DNA of 64,000 nt from Leptogorgia sarmentosa (GCA_964658305.1 OZ210884.1:3844001-3908000), one strand, 5' to 3'; counted from the first letter of the stretch, positions 1 to 12,223 are shown. The notes: a model not told the origin generated them from the sequence alone. A program made the numbers and translations.

Positions 1-361
1 CTTTACTCAGAGCTACGCATGACATGAGTAACTTTACTCACAGCTACGCATGACATGAGTAACTTTACTCACAACTACCATGACATGAGTAACTTTACTC
101 ACAGCTACTCATGACATGAGTAACTTTACTCACAGCTACGCATGACATGAGTAACTTTACTCACAGCTACTCATGACATGAGTAACTTTACTCACAGCTA
201 CGCATGACATGAGTAACTTTACTCACAACTACCATGACATGAGTAACTTTACTCACAGCTACGCATGACATGAGTAACTTTACTCACAGCTACTCATGAC
301 ATGAGTAACTTTACTCAGAGCTACGCATGACATGAGTAACTTTACTCACAGCTACGCATGA
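1..361. repeat. 31-bp tandem repeat (GAGTAACTTTACTCACAGCTACGCATGACAT), ~11.5 copies, open at window start
   Basis: Period read directly. Each unit has the palindrome TGAGTAA-CT-TTACTCA, and the same motif builds the 2030-2860 array. Confidence 0.95.
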
Positions 362-1572
362 TATGAAGATTGCCATCGTTGCATATACGTAAAAATTTGC
401 ATAACTGCCAACATGAACCAATCAGTGAGTCCCAAAGGGATACCGTTGAGTCACATAATTGTCTATTCGGCACCTGGAATCCTACACGTGTATCCTGCTT
501 CGTGTTCAGAGCAAAGTTTCTTGTGGTCGAAGACCCGCTTATACTACCAAAAGTTAAGCTTTTTTAAATCTCGCTATTATGGAGCAAGTCCAGGAATGTT
601 TGAAAAAAAATGGTTTTGAAGAATATCGTGACAGATTCCTTGGTAAGTTGTTGTGGAATAATGTATTAATGCGCTACTTAAGGCGAAGCACGTTTGTCTA
701 TATATCTGCCGATTAACGGTGCCGAGTATTGATGTTTTAAGCCTAGTTATAGGTTTGTGTTTTTGAAATACGTTCTGCTTTGTTTATTTGTGAAAACGGA
801 ATTTGCAATTGTGACTGTGTGCCAGCCGAAATACCGTATAAGCGGTATAATCAAAGGAGTTTGATGTCACTAAACACCATGAGCAGTGGTTGCTAGTAAT
901 CTATGGTAATCACTCAACTAGCTGCATGATGCTATAAATTACCTGCATAACAAAGAAATTCTTCATAATGACATAAAGTATAGACATATTACTTGTAATC
1001 TGCTCGCGTTTGTGTTGCCCAATACTTATTGACTTTGGTAAGGCATGTCTTATCAATAAAGCAAAAAAGAAAGCTCAGACTCTTGAGGAACAACAATCAC
1101 AAATATCACAGTCATATTGCTCCGGAAGCAGTCGATGGTACACACACACCCTGAGTTAAAAATGATATTTACTCTGTTTATATTGTCGTTTCAAAGATTT
1201 ATAGCCGTTGCAAGTGCCGACCTTTTGCGAGGAGATGTTTAGAAAAATTCCCTTCCAAGTGTGATACAGAGCAGTTAATGGCGCTTGTGAACAGTTCAAA
1301 GAGTTAAACTGATATACATGCACTGCATGTAACAGTATAATATGCATGTGCTTGATAGTGTACTTCACCATGCAATTCAGTTATTAAATTAACATTCTGT
1401 AATAACAGTATACATGCAAAGTAAACAGACAGTCCTGAAATAAATATCTTAGTATAGGACATTTTACTATATGTTGTCATATCACATATGCATGTGATTT
1501 GTTGCAAACAACTCCGCATTCGTGATAAATCTACACATAACTCAATCTCGGCACCTATATTTTGCGTTTTAG

Positions 1573-1884
1573 GAGGAATCCACGGTTGAGGAAATCGTCG
1601 AAGGTGATCGGAAAGATTACCCAAAAATTTTTATCAAAGGTGACTGCCGAACACCCGAACGAGTTGTCATTGTGGCAGAACGCACAGTGTTGTTCTCGGT
1701 GGAAAGTGTGGAATCGTCAAAGCAACTTTATAAAGCACTGCTGGAAACGTATTACGTATTTATGTTTGAGTATCCTCAAATACTGAACAACTTTTATTTA
1801 TATTTGCAAAAATGCGTTTTAAATATACAGGATGGGAAAAAACGTCCTGCAGCAATTGTAAATTTTGTTAACGATATGGATTAA
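1573..1884 (+). CDS. Terminal exon of a transposon-associated protein (SAMD3-like C-terminal region, YYVFMFEYP...FYLYLQK)
   Basis: Acceptor TTTTAG at 1572, then an open frame EESTVEEIVEG...FVNDMD* in frame with ORF 1672-1884. Family call is from motif recognition only. Upstream exons not resolved. Confidence 0.55.
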   Translation, partial: EESTVEEIVEGDRKDYPKIFIKGDCRTPERVVIVAERTVLFSVESVESSKQLYKALLETYYVFMFEYPQILNNFYLYLQKCVLNIQDGKKRPAAIVNFVNDMD

Positions 1885-2029
1885 AGGATTTGTATTACAA
1901 ATAACTGTTGGACTGGTACTTGTACTGCATGGCTTTTAGGAAGGAAATTGGTCAGTATAAGTGAGTAAAATTTTGATTTTCCTGGTGCGTTTTCTGTGAG
2001 TCAGATTAACTGTACTTTCTGGGTAGAAT

Positions 2030-2860
2030 TACTCGTGAGTTTGAGTAAGGTATAATTTTACTCAACATTATGAGTGAGAATTACTCATAAATTTGAGTCA
2101 ATTTTCATTTTACTCAGGATGTCGAGTCACTGTGGGTGCATTTTGCGTGAGTCAATTTTACTCAACATTTTGAGTGAGAATTACTCATAAATTTGAGTCA
2201 ATTTTCATTTTACTCAGGATGTTGAGTCACTGTGGGTGCATTTTGCGTGAGTCAATTTTACTCAACATTTTGAGTGAGAATTACTCATAAATTTGAGTCA
2301 ATTTTCATTTTACTCAGGATGTTGAGTCACTGTGGGTGCATTTTGCGTGAGTCAATTTTACTCAACATTTTGAGTGAGAATTACTCATAAATTTGAGTCA
2401 ATTTTCATTTTACTCAGGATGTTGAGTCACTGTGGGTGCATTTTGCGTGAGTCAATTTTACTCAACATTTTGAGTCAGAATTACTCATAAGTTTGAGTAA
2501 ATTGTAGTTTTACTCAAGATGTTGAGTCACTGTGGGTGCATCTTACTTGAGTCAATTTTACTCAACATTTTGAGTAAAATTACTCATAAGTTTGAGTAAA
2601 TTGTAGTTTTACTCAAGATGTTGAGTCACTGTGGGTGCATTCTGCGTGAGTCAATTTTACTCAACATTTTGAGTAAAATTACTCTTAATTTTGAGTAAAT
2701 TGTAGTTTTACTCAAGATGTTGAGTCACTGTGGGTGCATCTTACTTGAGTCAATTTTACTCAACATTTTGAGTACAAGTACTCTTATTTTGAGTAAATTT
2801 TACTCAACAACTTGGGTCACTGTGGGTGCATCGTTTTACTCAGAAATTTGAGTCAAAATA
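2030..2860. repeat. 100-bp subterminal tandem repeat array, ~8 copies
   Basis: ATTTTCATTT recurs at 2101, 2201, 2301 and 2401. Units are rich in inverted TGAGT/ACTCA motifs. Confidence 0.92.
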
Positions 2861-3366
2861 CTCAGGGATTTTTTGCAGTGTGAAGTCTTTTGATTCTTGT
2901 TTTCCCTTGTTATCTGGTAAAGACAGAGGTGAAACATTATTGGTGAAATAATTAAGGGTATAGATTGCAACTTATCAGAGCGAACAGCGTTTAGACGCAA
3001 AAAACAGGCCTAGCATTAAAGCTAAAAAACAAAGTTATAATACCAAGGAAAGCGTATTTTTATTTCATTGAAGATAACTGTCAACAATATTATGGAAAAT
3101 ATTGATTATATATGTGATTACAAACGTTGATTATGCATTTAAACGTCCAATTTTCCATGTATCGAGATGGTGAAGACATTCACAATACCGAAATGCTCCG
3201 ACATGGAAAATTCTGTCCGTTTATATACCTATATACGCAAATAGAACAAATAAAATATCAACAAAGATGTTTACCATTCTATATAACTGAAACTATTGTA
3301 ATACATGTAAGTATGCTTTAGATACTTGAAAGTCATCTTTGTTTGTCGCCTCGTGTTTTGCCAAAT

Positions 3367-3852
3367 CAAGGGCGTCAATCCTGGGGGGGTCGGGGGGGGG
3401 ACAGGTCCCCCCCACTTTTTGCGTAGGGGGGGGGACACATATACAATTGTCCCCCCCACTTTTTACGCCTTGTTACGCAAGTACTTTGACATTTCAGCTA
3501 ACAAAGCTTCGGAACTATTAATATTACTAAATCTGAATTAATTCAAACTTCAAAGGAAAGACTTCAGACCTATTTAAATTTGTTTTTATAAGAAAATTTA
3601 GAATTACAATCGTAACTGGTTGAAGTATATATACATATTTATTGCTCCTTTGCTGTTTTGTTAACAACCTTACCAAGTATCGATTGTAGATGTCATCATA
3701 AACTTTCTTCGAGACAAAAACAGTCAAAGAAATTTTATAATGAATACAACATTGAAGATTTAAGTGTAAATGAATTACTAATTAATAATTAACTAATAGT
3801 TCAGCGCCGCGGAGGTGTCCCCCCCACTTTCTGACATGGATTTCCGCCCTTG
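3367..3852. mobile_element. Non-autonomous TIR element (hAT-like termini)
   Basis: CAAGGGCGTCAATCC at 3367 vs GGATTTCCGCCCTTG ending 3852; G/C-run subterminal motifs; TSD not clean. Confidence 0.6.
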
Positions 3853-3932
3853 TCAGCCAAATCCATAAATCTTATAGACTGATCCCGAGTGTATATTCAC
3901 TTATGGCTAGCACTCCAAGTAAGTTTTCCATA

Positions 3933-4145
3933 AAGGCCGGTTCACACTGTACAACTTTTGCTTACAACTGTCGCATGCAATGCGCTTACAACTGCAATTG
4001 TACAATGTAAATTAACCTTACAACTCGCTACGACTGTTCGATACAACACGAAAAAAGTTGTAGCCTTATGAAAGCATGTTTTAAAAGCTTGCGACAATTG
4101 CATGTGACAGTTGTAGGCAAAAGATGTACAATATAAACTGGCCTT
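3933..4145. mobile_element. Short MITE
   Basis: Imperfect TIRs AAGGCCGGTTCACACTGTACA / TGTACAATATAAACTGGCCTT. Confidence 0.55.
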
Positions 4146-4177
4146 CACAAGACAAGGGTAGTATATTTTCTAACTTT

Positions 4178-7100
4178 TCACACGACAACAGCAGTGTGCC
4201 AGTATCTTCTTTCAGACATTTCAGGAAGTTCTTGCCAAGTATAGCTTTCAAAGTTGAAAACTTCGACTGATTTGAGAGCTCGCCATCGCTCATCGTTTCC
4301 TCCAAGAACCACAATGTTGTTACCAAGCACAACTGCAGTACAATCCCGCCTCTTATATCTCATCGCTGGTAGGTCGTGGTATTTTCCTGTCCTGACATTG
4401 TAAATAAGAACTCTAGCCAATGTGTCGCGATGATTATCAGCGCCACCTATAAAAACGATGTTGTCTCCCCATTTCACCGTTGCCATCTTACTCACTTCAT
4501 ACGGCAGTGGTGCCAACTGTTTCCATTCATTCTTCTTTATGTCGTACAGCACGACACTGCTGAGGTTGTCTTGGTATCTGGCAGTTGGTCTGCCACCAAC
4601 GATTAACAAACTGTCGTCAAATCTTTCCATGGAGTGAAACTGTCTTGGTTCTGGCATTCTTGATAAGGTCTTCACCGTATATGGTGGCACAAGTTGGACT
4701 TCATGAAGACGATCAGATACTGCATTTCCATTATTACCACCAGAAACCATCAAGTGATCATTATACAGCACACTGCTGTGGTGTGACAATTTGATGGGAA
4801 GTTTAATACGACAGTCAATCCAGTGCGTTGAGAGATCAGGGTTTGGGTGGATATTCATTCTAATTATATCATCATAGACTATGTTAGCAGGACCGTAACC
4901 TCCGGCAATTGCCACGTGATTGTCGTGAACAAATGAAGTCGCTCCCCAACGCTTCTTTGGCATGGATTGTAATGGCGACCATGTCCTTTGGCGCCAGTTA
5001 AACATCTCTACAGAGTCAGTTCCACAACCACCAGCAACAATAATGTTCTCCCTGTCGCCACTTGGTGTATTTCTTACTTTTCTTGTGTTTTCTTCTATCT
5101 TGTCCTCCATCTTGATAAGAACATCCTTCATTTCATTAAAACCTATTAAAACCGGAAATTTATATAATGATCGCAAACAAATAGCTGAGCACTTAAATGA
5201 CTATTTTGTATTGGCCCAACACTTGCCGCTGAATCTATTTTCTATTTTCAAACAATTACTGAAACTAATATTCTAAAAAGTTTGCGTCGTTGAAGGTCAT
5301 AAATCTTTGCCTAGTAAGGAAATTGTATGTGGAGTTCCACAGGGATCTATCTTGGGGCCCCTCATGTTTTAATTATATATAAATGATTTGCCAGAATGTC
5401 TGAAAAACACAACTCCTGGCATGTATGCTGACGATACTCAAATATATGCATATTCCGCAAGTTTCTCCGATCTAGTAACAAAACTTAATCAGGATTTAGA
5501 AAATGTAGTCAAATGGCTCTCTCAAAATAAATTGCAACTTCACTCAGAAAAGACAAAAGCAATGTTGATAGGATCACCCTATAACTTAAAAAACAAAGTT
5601 GGCAAAGAACAAGTTATGATAAATGATACACCGGTTACTCGGTATTCCTCTTTTTCATGTTTGGGAGTAGAATTAGATGAAAGAATGAGCTGGGAAAACC
5701 ATATAGACACAATATGTAAGAAAGTTGCCTCCGGTATTGGAATCATCAAAAGAGTAAAACCGTTTGTACCATCCGAAACACGACACAATTTATATAATTC
5801 TCTCGTTCTCCCATATTTTGATTATTGTTCACCTTTATGGGATAATTGTGGAAGCATGCTCAAAGAGAAATTACAAAAACTACAAAATAGGGCGGCAAGA
5901 ATTATGACAGGTGCCAATTACGATGTCCGGTCAGCAGACTTGCTTCGTGGTATGTCATGGAAAAATCTGAACGACAGGCATAAAATGAATAAATCCGTCT
6001 TGATGTTTAAAATATTAAACAACCACTCGGCTCCGAACTTAAAGAATAAATTTATAGCAAGGGACACAAATCTTAGGAACTATAATCTCAGAAATGCTGA
6101 TGTAAATCTTTCAGTTCCAAAACCACGTACTGATTATTTAAAAAAGAGTCTTGGATATAGTGGGGCTGTGCTATGGAATAGTTTGCCAACGCACGCTAAG
6201 CGAACAGAGTCTTTAAATGTCTTCAAAAATTTGATAAAATAATGTTTGCAACAGAGTCAGACATCGATTAGTCTTGGTTTTTAAATTTTTTATTGCATGT
6301 ATCAGTATACAAATAATGAATGTTTATGAGTGCAATGGTAAGAATATTTTCATGAGGTGAAAGATGGAATGTTCTATTCAACGAGGCGAAGCCGAGTTGA
6401 ATGGAACATTCCATCTTTCACCGAATGAAAATATTCTTTCCATTGCACGAAATAAACATTCATTATTTGTTTTATATGACACTTTGTTAAATTTGGTATT
6501 TGAAATGCCCGCCATTTTGCTTCGTTAGTTTACTAAATAAAATTCCATCGCTCACATGGTCGCGCCACGTTAATGGTTCGCCATTAAATGCGTGCGATAA
6601 TAACATTTTGAGTGATTGAAAATAATTAAAACCACCGTGCAATGGAAAGAAATATTTGCACGGTTCCATTGCACGATCATGAAAATGGAATTTCTATTTT
6701 ATATCACGTGATCGTAAATAACCAATTAAATCGCGTTAATTTAACCAAGTGTTATATAATAACTCATATTTAATTTATGTAATTTATGTAATTATCCACG
6801 GGTGATGAGGGAAGCGTGGTTAAATAAAGTTTACTATACTATATTATATAACACTTGGTTAAATTAACGCGATTTAATTGGTTATTTACGATCACGTGAT
6901 ATAAAATAGAAATTCCATTTTCATGATCGTGCAATGGAACCGTGCAAATATTTCTTTCCATTGCACGGTGGTTTTAATTATTTTCAATCACTCAAAATGT
7001 TATTATCGGACGCATTTAATGGCGAATCCATGAACGTGGCGCGACCATGTGAGCGATGGAATTTTATTTAGTAAACTAACGAAGGAAAATGGCGGGCATT

Positions 7101-7993
7101 TCAAATACCAAATTTAACAAAGTGTCATATAAAACAAATAATGAATGTTTATTTCGTGCAATGGAAAGAATATTTTCATTCCGTGAAAGATGGAATGTTC
7201 CATTCAACTCGGCTTCGCCTCGTTGAATAGAACATTCCATCTTTCACCTCATGAAAATATTCTTACCATTGCACTCATAAACATTCATTATTTGTATACT
7301 ATACTATACTATACCTCTGATCAAAGCAGTTTGCAATCCTGTCACTTTATTGTTGACTGCTTCAACTTTTTCTTCAATATCTGCGGTGTTTCTCTCCGCT
7401 TTCGCAACATTTGTCGCCATACTCGTCTGTATATTCTTTACGTGAGTTCCCACAGTAGCTACATTTGCAACATTTGTCGCCATATTCTTCTCGACATTTG
7501 CGATTCTTTTCTCCATGTCCGTCAATGTTCTTGTCATTTCTCTACACGAGTGGCACTTTTGTTTTCGAAATTCGCAAACTTCGCTTTCATGGCGAACAAG
7601 ATCACGCTGGTTTAAAGTCGCACCACAGCCTTGGTTTCTACACACGGCGGGTGTAAATCCACAGGTATCTTCGTGTTTGTCCAAATGTTGTAGTTGTACG
7701 ATCTCTTGACAACCTCTGTCGACGTAAACGCAACGAATATTCAATTCATTCAACATCCGTTTTATCGTTCTTTGTGGTTCAGCCAAAGTCTCTACGGTCA
7801 GTTCGTCAGAACACGTAGGGCATCTTTGGGAATTCTCAAGGAATTTCGTAATACAACCACGACAAAAACAGTGGTGATTTGTGGGACACAGGACCGGGTC
7901 CCTCGGAACGTTAAAGCAGATTGAACAAATGAAATCTCGATCAATTGTGGACGCAAATCTATCCTCGTCGTAGCCTTGTATGGGAGACGCCAT
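4178..7993 (-). CDS. RING (C3HC4) + TRAF/SIAH-type zinc finger + coiled coil + Kelch repeat protein, putative E3 ligase; exons 7993-7315 and 5142-4178 (547 aa if spliced)
   Basis: ORF 7304-7993 has CSIC...C...H..C..C...CPTC and later Cys/His fingers. ORF 4178-5176 has ~6 Kelch repeats (GG...W, R..H). The halves join in frame across GT(7314)...AG(5143) as ...ALIRG-FNEMKD... Confidence 0.85.
5145..6842 (+). mobile_element. 5'-truncated, internally deleted non-LTR retrotransposon (CR1/L2-group RT C-terminus, 3' UTR, (TATAC)n tail continuing at 7296-7313)
   Basis: GVPQGSILGP followed by an in-frame stop, then YADDT, LGV.LD..MSW..HI and KLQNRAARI in ORF 5388-6242. AATAAA near 6823, then a TATAC microsatellite. 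Confidence 0.9.
6306..6760. mobile_element. Non-autonomous ~455-bp element, copy 1 (internal hairpin with GGCGAAGCC apex)
   Basis: Near-identical reverse complement at 6843-7298; internal palindrome ~6310-6470; sits at TA-rich sites in the LINE 3' UTR. Confidence 0.8.
6843..7298. mobile_element. Non-autonomous ~455-bp element, copy 2, inverted relative to copy 1
   Basis: Reverse complement of 6306-6760; interrupts the (TATAC)n LINE tail. Confidence 0.8.
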
Positions 7994-9089
7994 ATTTCAC
8001 GCTGTTCTAGTTCTTGTTTGGTAAAAACAAAACCAGCTTTGTGTTGATGTTGGTTGCTCTGTAGCGTAAACCTCGCTCTTATAGATTGAGTATTTGCCTT
8101 GATACAGAAACTGTTCGGTCTAAACTCTTTAAGTGATCTGTGTTTGTATTTGCTTTGGATTTTTATCAAAATTTCGTGTCAACAGCCAAATATCGCTTCC
8201 GCGTCTTTACCATGCAGACAGGAATTTGCTTGTATGAAATAGAATTTTTGATGTCTTGTGACTAAAGGTCATCACCTCATATTGATAATGGCCTACAATT
8301 GGTTACCGTGGATTCAAATAGAATATCTTTATAAAAAATGTAGAAACGAGTTCTAAGAAAATCGATAAGTCATAACCCACGATATAAAAAGATTGAGTAC
8401 ACATTATAGTATGATTGATGCAGATAAAGTCTGTACTAGAATTTTCACTCGCAAATGATTTCTTGCTAACAACAGACAATAGAAACGAATGCGCTTTCGT
8501 CAAAGTATTTCAAGCGAGTCTTTCCCAATCATAGACTGGCGTTTGTTTACCAAAGATCACAATGGGTGGTCATCGCCTTTTTTGTAACTAATCCCAAGCG
8601 GTCATTCCAACCTGTCATTCATTTGAACTTTGGCTGGTGTAGGTAACGACCTTGCAGGAAATTTCGAATCTTCTTGCATCGTTTCCGGTGGTTTTTCTTG
8701 GTAATGCGTCTTCCAGGAAAAAGGTAATATAATATTATACACCCTTCCTGAATGTAATAAGTCAGACAAATCGAAAGCGAAAATGAACGCTATTAATTTT
8801 GATATGGGCTTATTTATCTTTATTTTTGTAAAAATCTGAGCAAAGATGGAGGCCGGAAAAAGTCAAATTTTGTCATGTATTGTGTCATTGTTGACGGCAG
8901 CAATAGTGCAGTTTTTCCTGTAGCTACTAACAAGGCTTAGCCATTCAGCCTCGATTTCGAGTTCCGCCTTAACGCATGCTTGCGGAAGTCTGTATTTATT
9001 TTACTATACCAGCCTCTCATTCGGCCATCATTTGCCAGTACCATGATTATTTGCTGTTTGCACCGTGTTGCCCGAATCATGAAGTAAAA

Positions 9090-12000
9090 ATGCCACAGTT
9101 TTCTACATGTTGGCGTTGTGGCAAAACTTCGGCAAAAGTGGTTTGCCGATCATGTGAGGTCGCGAAATACTGCAGCAACGCGTGTAAGCAGAATGACGTC
9201 GCAAGGCATACTGACGCCGAATGTCGACCAGTATCTTTGATGAATACATGCTCATCGTGTCGTAAGGAAGGTCCATCGCTACGGAAGTGTACTGGCTGTT
9301 ACCGTGCCTTTTACTGTGACGCTACATGTCAAAAAAATCATCGACGTCAACACAAAGACGAGTGCAGACGTATCGAAGAAAAAATAAAATCACTGGCTAC
9401 GAATTTTGAATCCTCATTCAATCATAATGCTGCTCATGTTTGTCAGGCACATTATTACTGGGGTAATGTACCAGCGTTCGATTACCTGAACTTGTCAGAA
9501 AACGAAGGCCTCGATTATAATCCACCCGGTAGTGTGAATATCCTCGATCTTGGGGTTGGTGATATACGAAATATCGTGCTTACTTGCGCCTCATTGCCTG
9601 AGAAGTTTACCGGGAAGGTCAAGTTCACATTAAATGACACAGACAGATGTGTCCTGGCAAGACTGATTTTATTTCTTTATATGCTGCTCAAATGTAAGTT
9701 TTTGACTTATTTTGATATTAATGCAGGGTTTAAACCCAGCAATGGGGGGGGGGGGGGGGGGGGTGGAATTCATGCATGTATAATTTGTGATTCTTTTGTG
9801 TTAGGCGATTCAAACGCTAGTGTTTATGTTACTGAAATTTGGTACTCATCGTTACTAAGCAAGGAAACGTACTACTATCTGTGTGCTTCACTTGGAGAAC
9901 TTCTCCTGCTCAAAAGTGCCACAGACCTGACTTCTGCAACAAATGAGTTAATCCGTATGAATGGTGACCACTTTCAAGAGATTCACTACGTTTGGAGGCA
10001 GTGGCTCTACCTGGAGGTCGTTGGTACATCAAGTATTCGAGAACGACGACAGCAAGTGATTAAAGCCAATCCAGGTAGTTCTTTCGGATTAGAAAGTTTT
10101 TACAAGGCTATTCCAAAAGAGCACGTCCCTTCCGCCAGGAAGTATGTGGAGCATGGCGTCTTTCAATGCACGGAGGAGTGTTCATTCGCAGAGAATCCCA
10201 CACTGACAGGTCACCCCGTTTCATCCGACGATGATGGACCGTTTACATACTGTGTAGTAAGTGAAGGTATGCCATTTGCGGGTTGGGATTATATTAAAGT
10301 GAAGAAGTTCAAGTACAATGAGTCCCTTGTCTCTATGTATGCCAGCTACATCGGATCCAAATTAACTGCTTTCATGAAAAAATTGGCTTCCAGACAAGTC
10401 AGTTTTGACATTGTCCTTGGCGATTGCATGAAGATAGAAGAAGACCTAACCGAAGAAGAGAAATACGATAGAATTGTAACATCTAATCTCATGGACTACA
10501 TCCTTCTCCCAGAATTGTTAAGGTATGTAAAATCGCGATCGCATGGCCCTGGAAGCTGGAAGCTGGAGGCACTTTCTCATATCAGGCTCGCGCTTTGACA
10601 TACCTTATTCGTACTTAATTTCGCGCGTACTTAATTTCGCGATTTTGTCGAAGCCATATTTAGCGAGACTTTATTTTCGCGATTTTGATGACCGAAAATA
10701 GAAAAAGGGCATTAATTTTCGCGAAATACAGATTTTCAAAACCATCATTTATTGAATTTTAACTTTTAACAATGGAATTTTATTGAATTTTAACTTTTAT
10801 TGAAATTTATATATGTCGATGTCGGTAAAACAATATGCGTTCTGTACATGTTGTTGTTGATCATATATATTGGGAAATTAATGATTTAACAATTCTAATT
10901 TTTTTACTAATGTTTTAATTTCGCGTGGTTAAATTTCGCGAGGATTTTTATTCGCGCGACTTTAATTTCGCGATTTTTTTTCAATCGCGAAAATCGCGAA
11001 ATTAAAGTCACGCGAAATTAAGTACGAATAAGGTATGTTATAATTACGCTAGACGTATGTACCTGTTTCTAAAATAAGTCAAATCCAACTTTGACCTTAA
11101 GCTATCAAATGAATGGACTGAAAACTCACGCTAAAACTGCACAACATCCGTGATGCGCTTTATTTGGAACCCTCTAACTTCACATGAAATCCATTCCAGG
11201 ACTTCGTATTGGCATGGTTTAAACCAGAACAGAGATGAAGTTACAGGGTTCCAAAGTACAGCGTATCAGGCCATATCACCACAGATATCACGGATGTGGC
11301 GTCAGCAAAATTAGCGCTTTTGCTTGCGTTTCCAGTCCATTCCTTCCATTGTCTATATATTCTTTAACGTAGAAAATCGTAGTGTGAAAGTTTATTACTA
11401 TTATATAGAATAAATTTCAAACAAGATTTCAACGTCAGTTTCTTTATAGCTACACTCATTGTATTGGACTTCGATGACAGAGTCACCGAAGGTGCATGTT
11501 AGGGCACTAGCGCTTAGGTTAGGCCTCTAAAGCTTTGTCGATCAGTGCTATATATATAATTCGTCCAACTGGTCCATCCGTGAAGGACTATATAGATTGG
11601 TGAATAGGCAGAGAGGATTGCTAAATCTAAGGAAGTCTGAAATTAACTTTCAAATTCCGAGATCTAGAAGCTATTTTTTCAGTTAGAATTTCAGTTTCAC
11701 CTTGAGCCAGTGCACGCGCAATGTTGAGAGAGAGAAAGCCATTTCAAAGTATTTTTTCCATTTTAGAGCTTATTCTACCAAGCTTAATCGAAATAATCGC
11801 TTTGCAACACTGGTGACTGTTTGCCAAAATTGGGTACGTCATTGTCCAGATGCTGATGTGCAACTGCAACATGTACCGCAGATGGACTATCTTCGCGGAA
11901 TTGCGATGCTGGACACAAATAATCCAGTTCTTGCAACATATGGTATAAAAGCTCTCAGAGAGTACGCGGATAATTCTCATGAATTTAAAGATTATCTCCG

Positions 12001-12223
12001 TGCCTTGTTTCATGCGCATCATAAACGATGTGGTGCAGAAGATTCTAGTTCGTCACGCTTACCAATTTTAAAACAAATTGGGAATGAATTTCAGCTACGA
12101 TTACGAGACGGCCTCCGAAATGAAAACAGGATTGTTTTCTTCAGACATGCGGTTAATCGGCGAAGGGTTTCAGCGATATCTGGTCACGAGCGTTATATGG
12201 AGTGGATTGCTAATGAATATTGA
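9090..12223 (+). CDS. Tandem MYND zinc finger + DUF4470-like domain protein; exons 9090-9693, 9805-10522, 11767-12223 (592 aa)
   Basis: Two CxxC...CxxC...YC...CQ/K...H...C fingers; YWGNVPA...LGVGDIRN...LND...ARL motif and YDRIVTSNLMDY. GT-AG introns keep the frame. An in-frame upstream ATG at 8976 is an alternative start. Confidence 0.85.
10601..11035. mobile_element. MITE with TA-bounded TIRs (Tc1/mariner-like) in intron 2 of the MYND gene
   Basis: TACCTTATTCGTACTTAATTTCGCG / CGCGAAATTAAGTACGAATAAGGTA perfect inverted pair; repeated TTTCGCG subterminal motifs. Confidence 0.9.
11111..11341. mobile_element. Degenerate MITE
   Basis: GAATGGACTGAAAACTCACGC vs GCTTGCGTTTCCAGTCCATTC imperfect inverted repeats. 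Confidence 0.5.

Larger units (their letters stand above)
1..2880. mobile_element. Right-hand part of a CACTA/EnSpm (CMC)-type DNA transposon
   Basis: Ends ...TTTTTTGCAGTG at 2880 (reverse complement CACTGCAAAAAA, a CACT-type terminus), preceded by a subterminal repeat array. Contains a spliced accessory ORF. Left end is outside the window. Confidence 0.7.

Noticed and set aside
1..361. CRISPR-like array of ~31-bp palindromic repeats
   Set aside because: Units are head-to-tail with no unique spacers, no cas genes, eukaryotic context.
5388..6242. Intact or domesticated reverse transcriptase gene
   Set aside because: Only the C-terminal RT part; in-frame stop just upstream, internal deletion, no endonuclease.
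8976..10598. Single-exon 540-aa protein with poly-Gly
   Set aside because: The ORF reads through a GT-AG intron (9694-9804) and past the donor at 10523; the spliced model is more coherent.
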